DNA of 10,656 bases from a candidate division WOR-3 bacterium (GCA_027053075.1 JALUEE010000083.1:1-10656), one strand, 5' to 3'. Shown: positions 1-7,361, counted from the first letter of the stretch. The notes: generated by a model from the sequence alone, not told the origin. Translations and numbers: made by a program.

Positions 1-37
1 GGGTGGTGGGGGCCGCCGAAGGCGGCCCCCACCACCC
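1..37. terminator. Perfect GC-rich inverted repeat (17-bp stem, 3-nt loop); probable intrinsic terminator or REP-like hairpin
   Basis: GGGTGGTGGGGGCCGCC (1-17), GAA, GGCGGCCCCCACCACCC (21-37); the arms are exact reverse complements. On + it is followed by an imperfect T-rich run (CATACTTCTTT). The left flank is outside the window, so the direction of termination is unknown. Confidence 0.65.
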
Positions 38-107
38 CATACTTCTTTAAAAACAATCCCACACCTAAATTTCATCCATTTAAGCCGATTTTTGTGATAC
101 CCTCAAG

Positions 108-136
108 TTGACAGGTCTATACTGGTTTGTTATATT
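108..136 (+). promoter_or_regulatory. Sigma70-type promoter for the 167-2962 unit
   Basis: Consensus -35 TTGACA (108-113), 17-bp spacer, -10 TATATT (131-136) with an extended -10 TG at 128-129. Shine-Dalgarno GGAGGT (155-160) precedes ATG 167. Confidence 0.8.
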
Positions 137-166
137 TTTCTGAAAAGATAAAAGGGAGGTTGGGAA

Positions 167-1345
167 ATGGCTGTTAAAATGCATTTTAACTACAAAGACG
201 TCCCGAGAGCCGCAAGATTTGGCTTCAGTGCTAAGAAAATTTATGTTCAATTTCTGGGATTGCTGGTGGGGACGATTCTCTACTCAATTTTCGCTTACAT
301 CGGCTTTTTAGCTTCAGGATACTCCATTACAGAGGTCTGGGATACCTTCCACTACGTGCCAATTCCCATAGGTGAACCCCTTACATTCTGGGGTTACGTG
401 TTCCTCTACACTGGTCTCGCTTTATTTGTTATTGTTGAATTTCTCTTCGGTGTAGCCATTTCAAAGATAACATACGAGCAGCTCAAAGGCGATGAATTTT
501 ACGAGATAAAGAAGGCACTTAAGTTCGCATTTACCGAGGGAAGAGCAGCGGTATTTACACCTATTACGATAATTCTCGTCATCATTTTCATCCTTCTTGG
601 AGGCGTTGTCCTTGGTTTGATTGGGAAAATCCCCTGGGTGGGTGAGCTCGTTCTGCTACTCATGAGTGTTCCTGTCGTGTTTACCGTTGTCTTTATAGTC
701 TATCTCTTCTTTGCCCTTATTCTTGCATACTATCTCGTCGCTCCTATCGTCGCAGTTACCAATTCAGACACATTTGACGCACTATTTGAGCTCTTCTCGA
801 CTCTCAACGACCAGAACTGGCGTTTTGTAGCCTACGAGGCTTTCCTCTACGTAATAAAGCCCATAGCGTTTGGCATATTTGCCTGGGCTATTGCAAAAGG
901 ACTTTACATCGCACATTGGGTGCTTTCAGCAGGCTGGCTTATGGGAGATAAGTACGTTAAGATCGAGAAAGCTGCACTCTCATATCTACCAAGCCATCCG
1001 GCTTTATACGTGTTCGAACCTGTTTTACGGATAATAGGTGCCACTCCTCTGCTCTATCCTCAGCCCGTTGCGAACCTTACTGTTCCAGAGGCAATTGTGG
1101 GATTTCTCTTTGGAATACTTCTTTATTTCATTATTTTCGTTGCGCTTTCCTACTGGGGAGCTATTCATTGGGCCGGAAATACACTCATTTTTGTTGTGCT
1201 GGCCAAGAAAAAGGATGATATCAATTATCTCGAGGTAAAAGAGGAGGAAGAAGAGTTCGAGGAAACATTTGAAGAAGAAAGTGAGGGTACTCAGGAAGAG
1301 AGTTTTGAAGAAGGGAAAGAAGAAACAGGAGAAAGCGAGAGTTGA
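167..1345 (+). CDS. Hypothetical polytopic membrane protein (392 aa) with a very acidic C-terminal tail
   Basis: Long ORF with strong RBS and promoter. It has multiple hydrophobic segments (roughly 6-8 TM helices), and the last 37 aa contain 20 Glu. The helix-loop pattern loosely recalls DUF4013/GPDPase-membrane-domain-type proteins, but no family is confidently recognised. Confidence 0.85.
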   Translation: MAVKMHFNYKDVPRAARFGFSAKKIYVQFLGLLVGTILYSIFAYIGFLASGYSITEVWDTFHYVPIPIGEPLTFWGYVFLYTGLALFVIVEFLFGVAISKITYEQLKGDEFYEIKKALKFAFTEGRAAVFTPITIILVIIFILLGGVVLGLIGKIPWVGELVLLLMSVPVVFTVVFIVYLFFALILAYYLVAPIVAVTNSDTFDALFELFSTLNDQNWRFVAYEAFLYVIKPIAFGIFAWAIAKGLYIAHWVLSAGWLMGDKYVKIEKAALSYLPSHPALYVFEPVLRIIGATPLLYPQPVANLTVPEAIVGFLFGILLYFIIFVALSYWGAIHWAGNTLIFVVLAKKKDDINYLEVKEEEEEFEETFEEESEGTQEESFEEGKEETGESES

Positions 1346-2103
1346 TACTGTGCGAATTTTTCCCTGATGTCTGCAAGGGCATTGAGTTTAAGAAGGGCAG
1401 AATAAAGGAAGTTTATTCAATTGATCGAAGCGAAGTTCTGGAATTTTTAAAAAAGAAGAGAAAACTGGTAAGGGGAATCCTGATAAATCCAGGGGAATTA
1501 TTTTACGAGGTTACCGATAAAAAGTTCAGCCGCATTGCAAAAAATATAGTGGATGAACAGTTTCCGGATATAAAGGAAAGGAGATGGCAAAAGTTTGAAG
1601 ACCTGAAGGGGAGAATACATATCGCATCCATCGATGGAACGGAGCTTGATTTTGTTAGAGAATTGGTAAAAACGTCCAGGGCCCAGTGTGAGATTATAGA
1701 TGTAAGCGCCTTTAACGTCACCAACTTCGTCATAAAGTTCTATGAAGGGATAAAAAATGGTGTTGTCTTGAACGTAACAGACGAGGTTACTTACGCCATC
1801 TATGTCAAAAAGAGGATGCCATTCTGGGGCAATAGTTTCCCTACTTCAGAATTCCCTGAATTTTTGAAGAAGCAGATCAACTACGTTTTCTCGGCTGTTC
1901 CAGAGGTCAAGGACTCTTTTAAAATTTATGCGAATTTTACATCGGCCAGCGTTGTCCAGGACCTTGGTAATCTAAAGGAGAATCTGAAGTTTGATATTGT
2001 TCCCATTGACCCTACAGGGATCGCTAAAAATCTCAAAAAATCTACGGACGAGTTACCATCAACATTTACCGCCCTCATAGGGCTTTCATTGAGGTTTCAA
2101 TAG
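1342..2103 (+). CDS. Degenerate PilM / GspL-cytoplasmic-domain-like actin-fold protein (253 aa)
   Basis: TTG start overlaps the upstream TGA, with AGGAG at 1327-1331. PilM-like segments appear in the correct order: N-terminal ILCEFFPDVCKGIEF (cf. xGxDIGxxxIKxVEL), IIDVSAFNVTN (cf. xIDVxxFALxN), VVLNVTDEVTYAIYVKKRMPFWGNSF (cf. ALVDIGAxxTxIxIxxxGxPxFxRxI) and C-terminal PSTFTALIGLSLR (cf. PxFAVAIGLALR). The CDS is confident; the family call is moderate. Confidence 0.6.
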   Translation: MILCEFFPDVCKGIEFKKGRIKEVYSIDRSEVLEFLKKKRKLVRGILINPGELFYEVTDKKFSRIAKNIVDEQFPDIKERRWQKFEDLKGRIHIASIDGTELDFVRELVKTSRAQCEIIDVSAFNVTNFVIKFYEGIKNGVVLNVTDEVTYAIYVKKRMPFWGNSFPTSEFPEFLKKQINYVFSAVPEVKDSFKIYANFTSASVVQDLGNLKENLKFDIVPIDPTGIAKNLKKSTDELPSTFTALIGLSLRFQ

Positions 2104-2104
2104 C

Positions 2105-2254
2105 ATGTTAGAATTTAATTTTTTAAAGGGAAATAAAATAGCCGCTAAAAGTAAAGGTAAGGCCGGGAGTAAAAAACTCCTGTGGCTTATACTTATTCTC
2201 ATAATTCTTCTTGCTGTTTATGCCTACATGAGCGGATTTTTGAAGGGATTCTAA
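2105..2254 (+). CDS. Small single-pass membrane protein (49 aa), PilN N-terminus-like; not in the ORF track
   Basis: Translated by hand: MLEFNFLKGNKIAAKSKGKAGSKKLLWLILILIILLAVYAYMSGFLKGF*. RBS GAGGT at 2091-2095. It starts 1 nt after the upstream stop and ends 3 nt before lepB, filling the gap exactly. It has a basic N-region and one hydrophobic helix, and MLEFNFL resembles the PilN MIxINLL(P) motif. Confidence 0.75.
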   Translation: MLEFNFLKGNKIAAKSKGKAGSKKLLWLILILIILLAVYAYMSGFLKGF

Positions 2255-2257
2255 AGG

Positions 2258-2962
2258 ATGTCGAGTAAAGTTAAAACTATCATCTGGACCATCGTTGTCA
2301 TAATACTGATACGTGCAGTTTTGGTTTATCCCTATGTAATTCCTTCAGGTTCAATGGAGGATACACTACTTCCTGGTGATGTGCTTCTCGCACTAAAATT
2401 TGTTTACGGAGTCGATATCCCCTACACAGACGTAAGAATTGCCCAATGGAGAAAGCCCAAAAGGGGAGATATCATCATTTTTAAATACCCAGTAGATGAG
2501 AGGAAACATTTTGTAAAACGCTGCATCGGTGAGCCAGGAGACACAATTGAAATTCGGAATAAAGTGGTCTACATAAATGGCAGGAAACTCAACGAGCCCT
2601 ATGCAGTGCACAAAGACCCTCACGTATACCCATCGAGGTATGACCTGACAAACAATCCATGGGCTCAAAAACTGTATCAGAAGAGCTGGGAAAATAGAGA
2701 ATTCATGAATGATCCCACTGTTCGCGACAATTTTGGGCCAATAGTCGTGCCCAAAGGCACAGTTTTTGCTATGGGTGACAACCGGGATTACTCATACGAC
2801 TCAAGGTTTTGGGGGCCTGTCCCCTATAAACTTGTCATCGGGATTCCCTTTATCATTTATTTTTCATACAATCCGAGTGCACCCTGGAGTAAGCCCTGGG
2901 AGAAGATTCGCTGGAGCAGAATTTTCGCCGTTTATGACATGGGCTTCGGCAAAATAAGATAG
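2258..2962 (+). CDS. lepB: Signal peptidase I (S26 family)
   Basis: N-terminal TM anchor, catalytic Ser box IPSGSMEDTL, RGDIIIF, catalytic Lys box FVKRCIGEPGD, and box E GDNRDYSYDSRFWG. Confidence 0.97.
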   Translation: MSSKVKTIIWTIVVIILIRAVLVYPYVIPSGSMEDTLLPGDVLLALKFVYGVDIPYTDVRIAQWRKPKRGDIIIFKYPVDERKHFVKRCIGEPGDTIEIRNKVVYINGRKLNEPYAVHKDPHVYPSRYDLTNNPWAQKLYQKSWENREFMNDPTVRDNFGPIVVPKGTVFAMGDNRDYSYDSRFWGPVPYKLVIGIPFIIYFSYNPSAPWSKPWEKIRWSRIFAVYDMGFGKIR

Positions 2963-2972
2963 CGAATTTTAA

Positions 2973-3002
2973 TTGACATAACTAAAATGCTAACTTTATC
3001 TT
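2973..3002 (+). promoter_or_regulatory. Sigma70-type promoter for the ATPase I-K-E to NusG-paralog unit
   Basis: -35 TTGACA (2973-2978), 18-bp spacer, -10 TATCTT (2997-3002), in the only sizeable intergenic gap between 167 and 10070. RBS GGAGGAGG (3014-3021) precedes ATG 3025. Confidence 0.6.
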
Positions 3003-3024
3003 TTTAGCCTGATGGAGGAGGACT

Positions 3025-4926
3025 ATGCTTGAGAAAATGGTAAAAGTTGAAATTGCAGGCTCCAAAAAGGATGTGGACGCACTGCTCAAAGAAATTTACA
3101 AATATGGCGTGCTGCATCTTGAAGAGCTTCCAAAAGACGATCCCAATATCAAGCACATTGAGCTTTCTTCTGATGAAATTGAGAAACTAAAAAATTTCAG
3201 GGGATACCTTAACGATCTTAAGGAAATTGTTGACGAGCTCGGATTGAGCTCAGAGGGAACCCCGGAATTCAGGGGTGATGAGAAAGAGCTGAAGGACAAA
3301 ATTGAGCAGATCAGGACAGAATTTAAGGAGATCGTTGAAGAAGAGAGAAGGATAAAAAGTGAGGAAAGACTTCTCAACGATTATAAAAAGGCCCTTCTCG
3401 CTCTGAAAGACTTGATCGCTCAGTACAAAGGCACTGAAAAACCAGGCTTTATAGGCATTTCAATTTCTAAGAGCGAAGCAAGGATTCTCGAATATTTAAA
3501 GGAATTGATAAAAGCAAAGCTTGGGGACATTGAATTTGAGATCATATCCACTGATTTAAGTGGTGATAGACTCGCAGGGCTTGTAATTGCCCCTGAAGAT
3601 AAGATTGAGGAGATTTCGAAGATTATCTGGAATGAGGGGATCAGTGAACTCAAAATTCCTGAGAAGTACAAAGACCTCTCCATTGAAGGCATGGTAAGTG
3701 CTCTTGAAAGTGATCTTGCCCGCATTCCCGAGCGACTCGAGGCAAATAGAAAGAAACTCGAAGAATTTAAGTCTCGATATGGAAAAACTATCCTCGAAAT
3801 GCTGGATTACGTTCAGGAAGAGGTGGAGGTTTTAGAGGCAAAAGAAAACTTCATCGGGCAGACAAAGTTCCTGTATTTTCTATGGGGATGGGTTCCAGAG
3901 CCTGAGTACAAAAAGTTTGAAAACTATCTTAAAAAGAATTTCAAAGGGAGACTGGTGTCAAAAGATATAACACCAGATAAACATGAGTATTCGAAGGTTC
4001 CGGTGAAGTTTAAAAACCTTTCGATTTTCAGACCTTTTCAATTGCTTCTTTCCATCTTTCAGCCGCCAATTTATGGCACCATAGACCCGACTCCCATGCT
4101 GTATATATTCTTCCCCATCTACTTTGGCTTTATGCTTGGAGATTTCGGATATGGGGCAGTGGCCCTGCTTCTTTTTGGAATGCTTTATCTTAAGGCAAAA
4201 AAGGGAAGCGTTCTTCAGCAGGTTGCAATTATTTTTCTATGGACGTCCCTCTGGACGATAATATTTGGCCTGTTTTACGGTGAGGCCTTCGGAGACCTTG
4301 CGGAAAAGCTTGGAATGCATCCTCTTGTAATTCACAGAATGCATGAGATTAAAACGATTCTCGTTGTAGCTGTGCTGTTCGGGGTGTTGCAGGTGGTGCT
4401 TGGCGTATTCCTTGGCTTTGTCAATAACCTGCGACTCGGTCACATAAAACACGCTAAATATGAATTTGCGAGATTTATAGGGCTTGTAGGGCTTTCTATC
4501 TCATTTATCGGCCCAATCCTTATGCTGATCGGAGGATGGCACGGATACCCGAAAATTCTTATAGAAATTGGGATTGCACTTCTTGTTATAGCAATTCCTG
4601 CAGTGGCAATTCTTCACAACTTTATAGCCCCGATTGAGATTCTCTCTGCAATGGGTAATATGTTCAGCTTTGCACGTTTGATGGCCATCGGACTCTCATC
4701 CGCCATTCTTGGTATGATTGCAAACATGTTTGGCGGCCTGATACCAAATCTAATTTTTGGCTTTACAGTCGCGTTTTTATTCCATTTATTGAATTTGATC
4801 TTAGGGCTTTTTGACCCCACCATACAGGGGCTCAGGTTGCAGTTTGTAGAATTCTTCTCAAAATTCTACATTTCTGGAGGAAAGAAATATAATCCATTTA
4901 AAAAAGGAGGTAGCCATGGTTCGTAA
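3025..4926 (+). CDS. ntpI: V/A-type ATP synthase subunit I (a subunit)
   Basis: Soluble coiled-coil N-terminal half, then GWVPE, PIYGTIDPTP, FGFMLGDFGYG, the essential-Arg motif SFARLMAIGL, and LRLQFVEFFSKFY. Confidence 0.97.
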   Translation: MLEKMVKVEIAGSKKDVDALLKEIYKYGVLHLEELPKDDPNIKHIELSSDEIEKLKNFRGYLNDLKEIVDELGLSSEGTPEFRGDEKELKDKIEQIRTEFKEIVEEERRIKSEERLLNDYKKALLALKDLIAQYKGTEKPGFIGISISKSEARILEYLKELIKAKLGDIEFEIISTDLSGDRLAGLVIAPEDKIEEISKIIWNEGISELKIPEKYKDLSIEGMVSALESDLARIPERLEANRKKLEEFKSRYGKTILEMLDYVQEEVEVLEAKENFIGQTKFLYFLWGWVPEPEYKKFENYLKKNFKGRLVSKDITPDKHEYSKVPVKFKNLSIFRPFQLLLSIFQPPIYGTIDPTPMLYIFFPIYFGFMLGDFGYGAVALLLFGMLYLKAKKGSVLQQVAIIFLWTSLWTIIFGLFYGEAFGDLAEKLGMHPLVIHRMHEIKTILVVAVLFGVLQVVLGVFLGFVNNLRLGHIKHAKYEFARFIGLVGLSISFIGPILMLIGGWHGYPKILIEIGIALLVIAIPAVAILHNFIAPIEILSAMGNMFSFARLMAIGLSSAILGMIANMFGGLIPNLIFGFTVAFLFHLLNLILGLFDPTIQGLRLQFVEFFSKFYISGGKKYNPFKKGGSHGS

Positions 4927-5221
4927 AGTAGGAATCATCCTTGGAGCAATATTGGTAGTAATTTTAGGAATTACAGGGGTGGCATTTGCTCAGGAGGCAG
5001 CAAATGCAGCAAGGAGTTGGGCACTTTACATCGGTGCATCTCTCGCAATTGGACTGCCTGCTCTTGCCACAGGTTACGCACAGGGTAAAATCGGTGCGGC
5101 AGGTGCCGGGACAATTGCAGAGAAGCCAGATATGACAGGTTCAGTCATCATTATGATCGCTATCCCTGAGACAGCTGTAATTCTCGGATTCGTGGTAGCA
5201 ATCCTTCTCTTTGTACTGTAA
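4916..5221 (+). CDS. ntpK: V/A-type ATP synthase subunit K (proteolipid c), single hairpin with N-terminal signal peptide
   Basis: Gly/Ala-rich helix GYAQGKIGAAGAGTIAEKP, ion-binding Glu in IAIPETAVILG, and an N-terminal leader ending AFA|QE. It overlaps ntpI by 11 nt and has RBS AGGAGGT. Confidence 0.95.
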   Translation: MVRKVGIILGAILVVILGITGVAFAQEAANAARSWALYIGASLAIGLPALATGYAQGKIGAAGAGTIAEKPDMTGSVIIMIAIPETAVILGFVVAILLFVL

Positions 5222-5802
5222 TGGGAAGAGACGACATAAGAAAAATCGTTATAGAAAACGCCGAAGAAGAAGCGCGAGCGATACTTGATGAGGCACGTCA
5301 GAATGTTGAAAAAGCTCTTGAAGAGGCCAAAAAAGAGCTCGAAAAAATAAAAAATCAGGAAGAGGCCAGATATCGTTACTGGGAACAGCTTGAGAGGTCG
5401 AGGCAGATTGGAAAGGCATTACAGATAGAGAAGGACCTGCTTCTTAGGGCGAAACACCGTGTAATTGAGGACATCATAAAGAGATTCCGTGAAGACTATA
5501 AAAACATATCGCCGGAGAGATACAGAGAGATTTTGAAAAATCTATTCGTGGAGGCGTACAACGAGGTTAAAGGCGGGGATCTAACAGTTTATACAAGTGA
5601 AAAAGACAGGAGCACCCTTGAGAAGATATTAAAAGAAATGGGGATAAAAGCTCGTCTCGAGACCAAAAAAGAAAAATTCGATGGTGTAATCATAGAGGAC
5701 AAAAACAGGGGATTTTTGATCTACAACACCATCGAAAATAGACTCGAGCGGGCGAGGGAGATACTTCTTGAGGAATTCAGTAAAATTTTATTGGGAGAAT
5801 AG
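5221..5802 (+). CDS. ntpE: V/A-type ATP synthase subunit E (peripheral stalk)
   Basis: N-terminal charged coiled coil (IENAEEEARAILDEA) and C-terminal GVIIE...IYNTIENRLE motif. TAATG coupling to ntpK and canonical I-K-E order. Confidence 0.9.
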   Translation: MGRDDIRKIVIENAEEEARAILDEARQNVEKALEEAKKELEKIKNQEEARYRYWEQLERSRQIGKALQIEKDLLLRAKHRVIEDIIKRFREDYKNISPERYREILKNLFVEAYNEVKGGDLTVYTSEKDRSTLEKILKEMGIKARLETKKEKFDGVIIEDKNRGFLIYNTIENRLERAREILLEEFSKILLGE

Positions 5803-5805
5803 AAA

Positions 5806-6402
5806 ATGCTAAGTTTAGTGGTTGCAACACTACTCATGCAGGGGGTAGTGTCTTATAATGCTGAATTCAAGCCCGGCGATGTAATACTAATCAAGGTTTA
5901 TAGGCATCCAGAGTACTCGGATACATTTCTTGTGGATGTTGATACCACTATTTATCTACCACTTATAGGCACCATCAAGGTCGCACATCTTACTGCTTCA
6001 GAGCTGAGGGACACCCTGTACCAGAAGTTTGCACAATTTATCAAACGGCCCGAGATCGATGTTATTCCTCTATTTAAAATAAACATTCTCGGAGAAGTAC
6101 GACGACCGGGGGTTTACAACATTACCAGTGCAACCAAAGTAACTGATGCCATTGCACTTGCAGGAGGACTGATGCCAGATGCTGACCCCAAAAGGGCCAT
6201 TATCAGGAGGGGCTCAAAAGTAATAAAAATAAACATTGATAAAGCCATCACAACCGAGAAAACCGCATACGACGTAGGACTGCGCTCTGGCGATATCATT
6301 TACATTCCGCGGAAAAGGATCAGATTGAGCCTGAGCACAATCTACACAATCCTCTCATCGATCAGTCTTTTGATTCTCATAATTGACAGATTGAACCGAT
6401 GA
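5806..6402 (+). CDS. Polysaccharide biosynthesis/export protein (short Wza/OPX-like: Poly_export plus one SLBB domain)
   Basis: PES-like motif FKPGDVILIKVY...VDVDTTIYLPLIGTIKVAHLTASELRDTL, SLBB motif ILGEVRRPGVY...DAIALAGG, LRSGDIIYIP, and a C-terminal hydrophobic/amphipathic helix. Confidence 0.88.
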   Translation: MLSLVVATLLMQGVVSYNAEFKPGDVILIKVYRHPEYSDTFLVDVDTTIYLPLIGTIKVAHLTASELRDTLYQKFAQFIKRPEIDVIPLFKINILGEVRRPGVYNITSATKVTDAIALAGGLMPDADPKRAIIRRGSKVIKINIDKAITTEKTAYDVGLRSGDIIYIPRKRIRLSLSTIYTILSSISLLILIIDRLNR

Positions 6403-7361
6403 GGGAACTCCTCTGTAAGCTCCTCGGGATTAAATATCCGATAATACAGGCGGGGATGGTCTGGGCAGCAACTTCTCCCCTTGCTATTGCTGTTTCTGAG
6501 AATGGCGGGCTTGGCACTCTCGGCGCCGGCTCAATGTCAAAGGATGAACTCAGAGAGGAAATAAAAAGGGTCGGAGAAGCAACAGACAAACCTTTCGCCG
6601 TTAATATTCCTATTCTCTATGGACATGCGGAGGAGCAGGTAAAGATTGCAATTGAAGAAAAATTACCTGTTGTCATAACTTCAGCGGGGAATCCGAAAAT
6701 CTTTACACCGATTTTAAAAGATCACGGCATAAAGGTTATGCACGTGGTCTCCTCGGTGAGATTTGCGAGGAAAGCTATTGAAGCCGGTGTAGATGTTGTT
6801 ATTGCAGAAGGAACAGAAGCTGGTGGACACAACGGCAGAGAGGGCATATCCACATTTCCTCTTCTCAGGGCCATTTTAAGCGAGGTTGGTGACTTTCCAG
6901 TGGTAGCAGCCGGTGGAATCGCAGATGGCTATGGATTTGCAGCCGCAATGATTGCAGGGGCAAGTGGCATTCAGATGGGCACAAGATTTGTCGCTACAGT
7001 AGAATGCGAAGCACATGAAAACTTCAAAAGGGCAATTGTAGAAGCCGGTGACTCCGATACGGTCTTAATTGGTGGAACCGTAATGGCTCCCACCCGGGTT
7101 ATCAGAAACAAATTTGCAGAAGAGGTTTTAAAGGCCGAGAGGTCAGGAAAATCCGCTGAAGAAATTGGCTTAATGTTTAAGGGACGCTCAAGACTTGGTA
7201 TAAGAGAGGGTGACCTTGAGAATGGGTCACTCATGGCCGGTCAGTCCGTCGCGTTGATTAAAGAAATCCTTCCTGTAAAAGAAGTCATCTCCCGCATCGT
7301 CACCACCGCCGTCAATGTTTCAAAAGAGTTTAACATCGAAAAACACTTCTGTGATAAATAA
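6399..7361 (+). CDS. fabK: Enoyl-ACP reductase FabK / nitronate monooxygenase-family FMN oxidoreductase
   Basis: LGIKYPIIQAGM, GGLGTLG, PFAVNI, VITSAGNP, catalytic EAGGH, AAGGIADG, GIQMGTRF and GSLMAGQS. ATGA overlap with the upstream gene. Confidence 0.85.
   Translation: MRELLCKLLGIKYPIIQAGMVWAATSPLAIAVSENGGLGTLGAGSMSKDELREEIKRVGEATDKPFAVNIPILYGHAEEQVKIAIEEKLPVVITSAGNPKIFTPILKDHGIKVMHVVSSVRFARKAIEAGVDVVIAEGTEAGGHNGREGISTFPLLRAILSEVGDFPVVAAGGIADGYGFAAAMIAGASGIQMGTRFVATVECEAHENFKRAIVEAGDSDTVLIGGTVMAPTRVIRNKFAEEVLKAERSGKSAEEIGLMFKGRSRLGIREGDLENGSLMAGQSVALIKEILPVKEVISRIVTTAVNVSKEFNIEKHFCDK

Noticed and set aside
1..37. Hairpin as a UUCG-type LoaP recruitment element or a CRISPR repeat
   Set aside because: The minus-strand loop is TTC in the full-stem register, the hairpin lies upstream of the first promoter, and it occurs only once in the window with no spacers or cas genes.
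92..108. TTGTGATACCCTCAAGT as a CRP/Rex-like site upstream of the first promoter
   Set aside because: Only the left half-site (TGTGA) matches; the right half and spacing do not.
1038..1238. Alternative-frame + strand ORFs (1038-1238, 2766-2957, 7747-7944)
   Set aside because: They are nested in well-supported genes and have no recognisable motifs.
2166..2180. GGAGT-AAAAA-ACTCC hairpin
   Set aside because: Only a 5-bp stem, inside the small CDS, with no U-tract; expected by chance.
2105..2254. The 49-aa ORF as a frameshifted N-terminus of lepB or as a pilin
   Set aside because: lepB has its own start and TM anchor, and the peptide has no class III G|FxxxE prepilin motif ahead of its hydrophobic helix.
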